Positions 62,000-64,000 of a DNA stretch of 64,000 bases are shown here, one piece after another (within the stretch, counting starts at the first letter, position 1; every line of letters begins with the position of its first letter). Origin of the DNA: Enterococcus alcedinis (GTDB lineage: Bacteria > Bacillota > Bacilli > Lactobacillales > Enterococcaceae); contig NZ_BMDT01000001.1 in assembly GCF_014635985.1 (NCBI RefSeq), forward strand, positions 157,293-221,292, given 5' to 3'. The translations under genes were made by a program, and so were the position numbers. The notes beneath the pieces were generated by a model. The model was not told the DNA's origin. It did not search any database and worked only from the letters and a program-made list of their open reading frames with translations.

Positions 62000-63145
62000 A
62001 TGAGAACGTTTATCAAAGCAGACAAGTTTTTTTATCATTCAACAACAAAAACAAAAGGTTATTTAGAGATTATTGATGGGAAATTTGGCCAACATTTCAA
62101 AGAATTACCTGAGGAAGCAAACATCATTGATCATAGCGGTCAATGGATTGCGCCAGGCTTAGTTGACACTCATATTCATGGTTATATGAATCATGATGTG
62201 ATGGATAACGATGCAGAAGGAATCAAAGTGATGTCAGAGGCGTTATTAGCTTGTGGAGTGACTTCTTTCTTACCGACAACCTTAACTTCTAGCCGTGAAT
62301 TACTGACGAAAGTTGCTAGAACGCTTGGTGAAGTTAAAAGTGAAGTGACAGGAGCTAAGATTCAAGGGATTTACTTTGAAGGTCCATTCTTTACCGAAGA
62401 GTACAAAGGGGCGCAAAACCCTTCGTATTTTGGAGATCCAGATTTAGAAATTTTTAATGAATGGCAAGAAGCATCGGGCGGCATCATTAAAAAAATTGCA
62501 TTAGCACCTGAGCGTAAAGGAACAAGAGACTTCGTAGAGACGGTAACAAAAGAAGGCGTTGTTGTTGCTTTAGGCCATAGTAATGCAACATTAGAAGAAG
62601 CGACTGAGATTGTAGATGCTGGTGCTAGCGTTTTTGTCCATGCTTTTAATGGTATGCGCGGATTGAATCATCGCGAACCAGGGATGGTCGGCGCCTTAAT
62701 GACATTAGAAAAAGTTTTCTCCGAGTTGATTTGTGATGGGCATCATGTTCATCCACAGGCCGCTGAAGTCTTAATTGATAAAGTGGGACATGAACATATT
62801 GCTTTGATTACCGACTGTATGATGGCTGGTGGGATGCCAGATGGGGACTATATTTTAGGTGAATTCCCGGTGGTTGTTAAAGATGGGACTGTTCGTATGC
62901 CGGAAGGTAATCTTGCGGGTAGTATTTTAAAACTGAAAGAAGCGATTAAAAACGTCGTTGATTGGGAATTAGCGAAACCTGAAGAAGCGGTATTAATGGG
63001 AAGTTACGTACCGGCACTTAGCTGTAACATTGCCGATACTTGTGGCATGATTAAAGCTGGCCGTGATGCTGATTTTATTGTTTTAAATCCTGACATGACA
63101 TTAGCTGCAACTTATTTAGATGGTGTAAAACGATACAACGCTTAA
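62000..63145 (+). CDS. nagA: N-acetylglucosamine-6-phosphate deacetylase.
   Basis: Amidohydrolase metal-binding motifs (GLVDTHIHG; ALGHSNAT; HAFNGM). Confidence 0.9.
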   Translation: MRTFIKADKFFYHSTTKTKGYLEIIDGKFGQHFKELPEEANIIDHSGQWIAPGLVDTHIHGYMNHDVMDNDAEGIKVMSEALLACGVTSFLPTTLTSSRELLTKVARTLGEVKSEVTGAKIQGIYFEGPFFTEEYKGAQNPSYFGDPDLEIFNEWQEASGGIIKKIALAPERKGTRDFVETVTKEGVVVALGHSNATLEEATEIVDAGASVFVHAFNGMRGLNHREPGMVGALMTLEKVFSELICDGHHVHPQAAEVLIDKVGHEHIALITDCMMAGGMPDGDYILGEFPVVVKDGTVRMPEGNLAGSILKLKEAIKNVVDWELAKPEEAVLMGSYVPALSCNIADTCGMIKAGRDADFIVLNPDMTLAATYLDGVKRYNA

Positions 63146-63156
63146 TAAAATATTTA

Positions 63157-63190
63157 AAAAGAGGGGATGAATCCTCTCTTTTTTTTGTTC
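63157..63190 (+). terminator. Rho-independent terminator after nagA.
   Basis: gagggga-tgaa-tcctctc stem followed by TTTTTTTTT. Confidence 0.65.
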
Positions 63191-63263
63191 TCCTTTTAAA
63201 TCAATGGAAGAAAACAATGATTATGATACAATAGACCTTGAAAAGAATCGAGGAGACGTGTAG

Positions 63264-63965
63264 ATGAGTTATATTGAAGTAATTAATGAAGTCAAAAAAT
63301 ATCAAATGGGCGATACTGAGATTTTTGCAAACGACGGGGTAACTTTTAACGTCGAAAAAGGTGAAGTCGCAGTGATTTTAGGGCCAAGTGGCGCGGGTAA
63401 ATCAACGGTATTAAATATTTTAGGTGGCATGGATAGTTGTGATAGTGGTGAGGTTATTATCGATGGCATTGATATTGCTCATTTTTCAGACAAAGAATTG
63501 ACGAATTATCGTCGTAGTGACGTTGGTTTTGTTTTCCAGTTTTACAATTTAGTCCCGAATTTAACAGCGATGGAAAATGTCGAGTTGGCTTCTCAAATTG
63601 TGCGAGATGCACTTGATCCGGCGGAAGTTTTACAACAAGTTGGTTTAGGGCATCGAATGAACAATTTTCCCGCACAATTGTCGGGTGGTGAACAACAACG
63701 TGTAACGATTGCTCGTGCCTTAGCGAAACGACCTAAATTATTATTATGTGATGAACCGACAGGAGCACTTGATTATGAAACGGGAAAACAAATTTTACAA
63801 ATATTAGAAGATGCTGCACGCAAAACAGGAACAACCGTGATTATCATCACGCATAATTCACAAATTGCTCCAATGGCGAATCGCGTTATTCGAATTAACG
63901 ATGCCAAAGTTCGCAGCATTGAAGTGAATGAACAACCAACACCAATTTCAGAGATTGAGTGGTAG
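63264..63965 (+). CDS. ABC transporter ATP-binding protein (MacB/LolD-like).
   Basis: Walker [10 protein letters not shown], signature LSGGEQQRV, Walker B LLLCDEPT. Confidence 0.85.
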   Translation: MSYIEVINEVKKYQMGDTEIFANDGVTFNVEKGEVAVILGPSGAGKSTVLNILGGMDSCDSGEVIIDGIDIAHFSDKELTNYRRSDVGFVFQFYNLVPNLTAMENVELASQIVRDALDPAEVLQQVGLGHRMNNFPAQLSGGEQQRVTIARALAKRPKLLLCDEPTGALDYETGKQILQILEDAARKTGTTVIIITHNSQIAPMANRVIRINDAKVRSIEVNEQPTPISEIEW

Positions 63966-63972
63966 AAGATTG

Positions 63973-64000
63973 ATGAAAAAAACAGCTTTATTAAAAACCA
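63973..64000 (+). CDS. Probable ABC transporter permease (FtsX-like), 3' truncated by the window end.
   Basis: Starts MKKTALLKT… immediately after the ATPase gene. Only 9 codons are visible. Confidence 0.35.

Noticed and set aside
61928-62050. A 40-aa ORF (MSSSARISLGQFAEPFLLKRNILLLLRFAAFLVAAVHLA) antisense to the 3' end of the rgg gene, considered as an SHP candidate.
   Set aside because: It lies inside rgg on the opposite strand and has no RBS. The sequence upstream of its ATG is the complement of nagA's RBS.

Overview
This 64-kb window reads as a chromosomal core segment from a low-GC Gram-positive bacterium. Gene content and order suggest Lactobacillales, close to Enterococcaceae or Carnobacteriaceae. 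Almost all genes run on the + strand, and many sit in orders also seen in Bacillus subtilis (thyA-dfrA; ypmR-ypmS; msrA-yozE; topA-trmFO then xerC-hslVU-codY; parE-parC; pflB-pflA). I found no CRISPR array, transposase, phage module or rRNA.

In window order, the content is:
- mltG (5' partial) and greA.
- A stand-alone LiaFSR envelope-stress three-component system.
- A KtrA-type K+ uptake regulator, a YneR-like protein, a DUF1189 membrane protein, a GtrA-like protein and sodA.
- tagD and an LCP (LytR-CpsA-Psr) family protein, a class B PBP, a Uup-type ABC-F ATPase, then thyA and dfrA.
- An AT-rich three-gene glycosylation cassette (GT2 / GT-C membrane protein / GtrA flippase) sitting between dfrA and a hemolysin-III gene.
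- degV, ypmR/ypmS-like genes, msrA, yozE, ctpA, lepB, rbgA, rnhB, dprA, topA and trmFO.
- An NfeD-flotillin pair, then xerC-hslV-hslU-codY.
- An aldose epimerase, plsY, parE-parC and pflB-pflA.
- ppaC, a DUF1803-like protein, and a complete glycogen locus (glgB-C-D-A-P plus a GH13 neopullulanase-like enzyme).
- A highly charged 243-aa protein of unknown function and an AlaT-like aminotransferase.
- A lone tRNA-Leu(GAG) with its own promoter and terminator.
- A small DUF2187-like protein, an Rgg-family regulator with no annotated pheromone gene, nagA, and the start of an ABC transporter.

The observations most worth follow-up are the compositionally distinct glycosylation cassette, the orphan Rgg regulator with candidate micro-ORFs upstream of it, a perfect 16-bp CodY-box-like palindrome upstream of the codY operon, and two uncharacterised proteins (the charged 243-aa protein and the DUF1803-like one). 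I see no single well-supported novel multi-gene system and do not want to overstate that.
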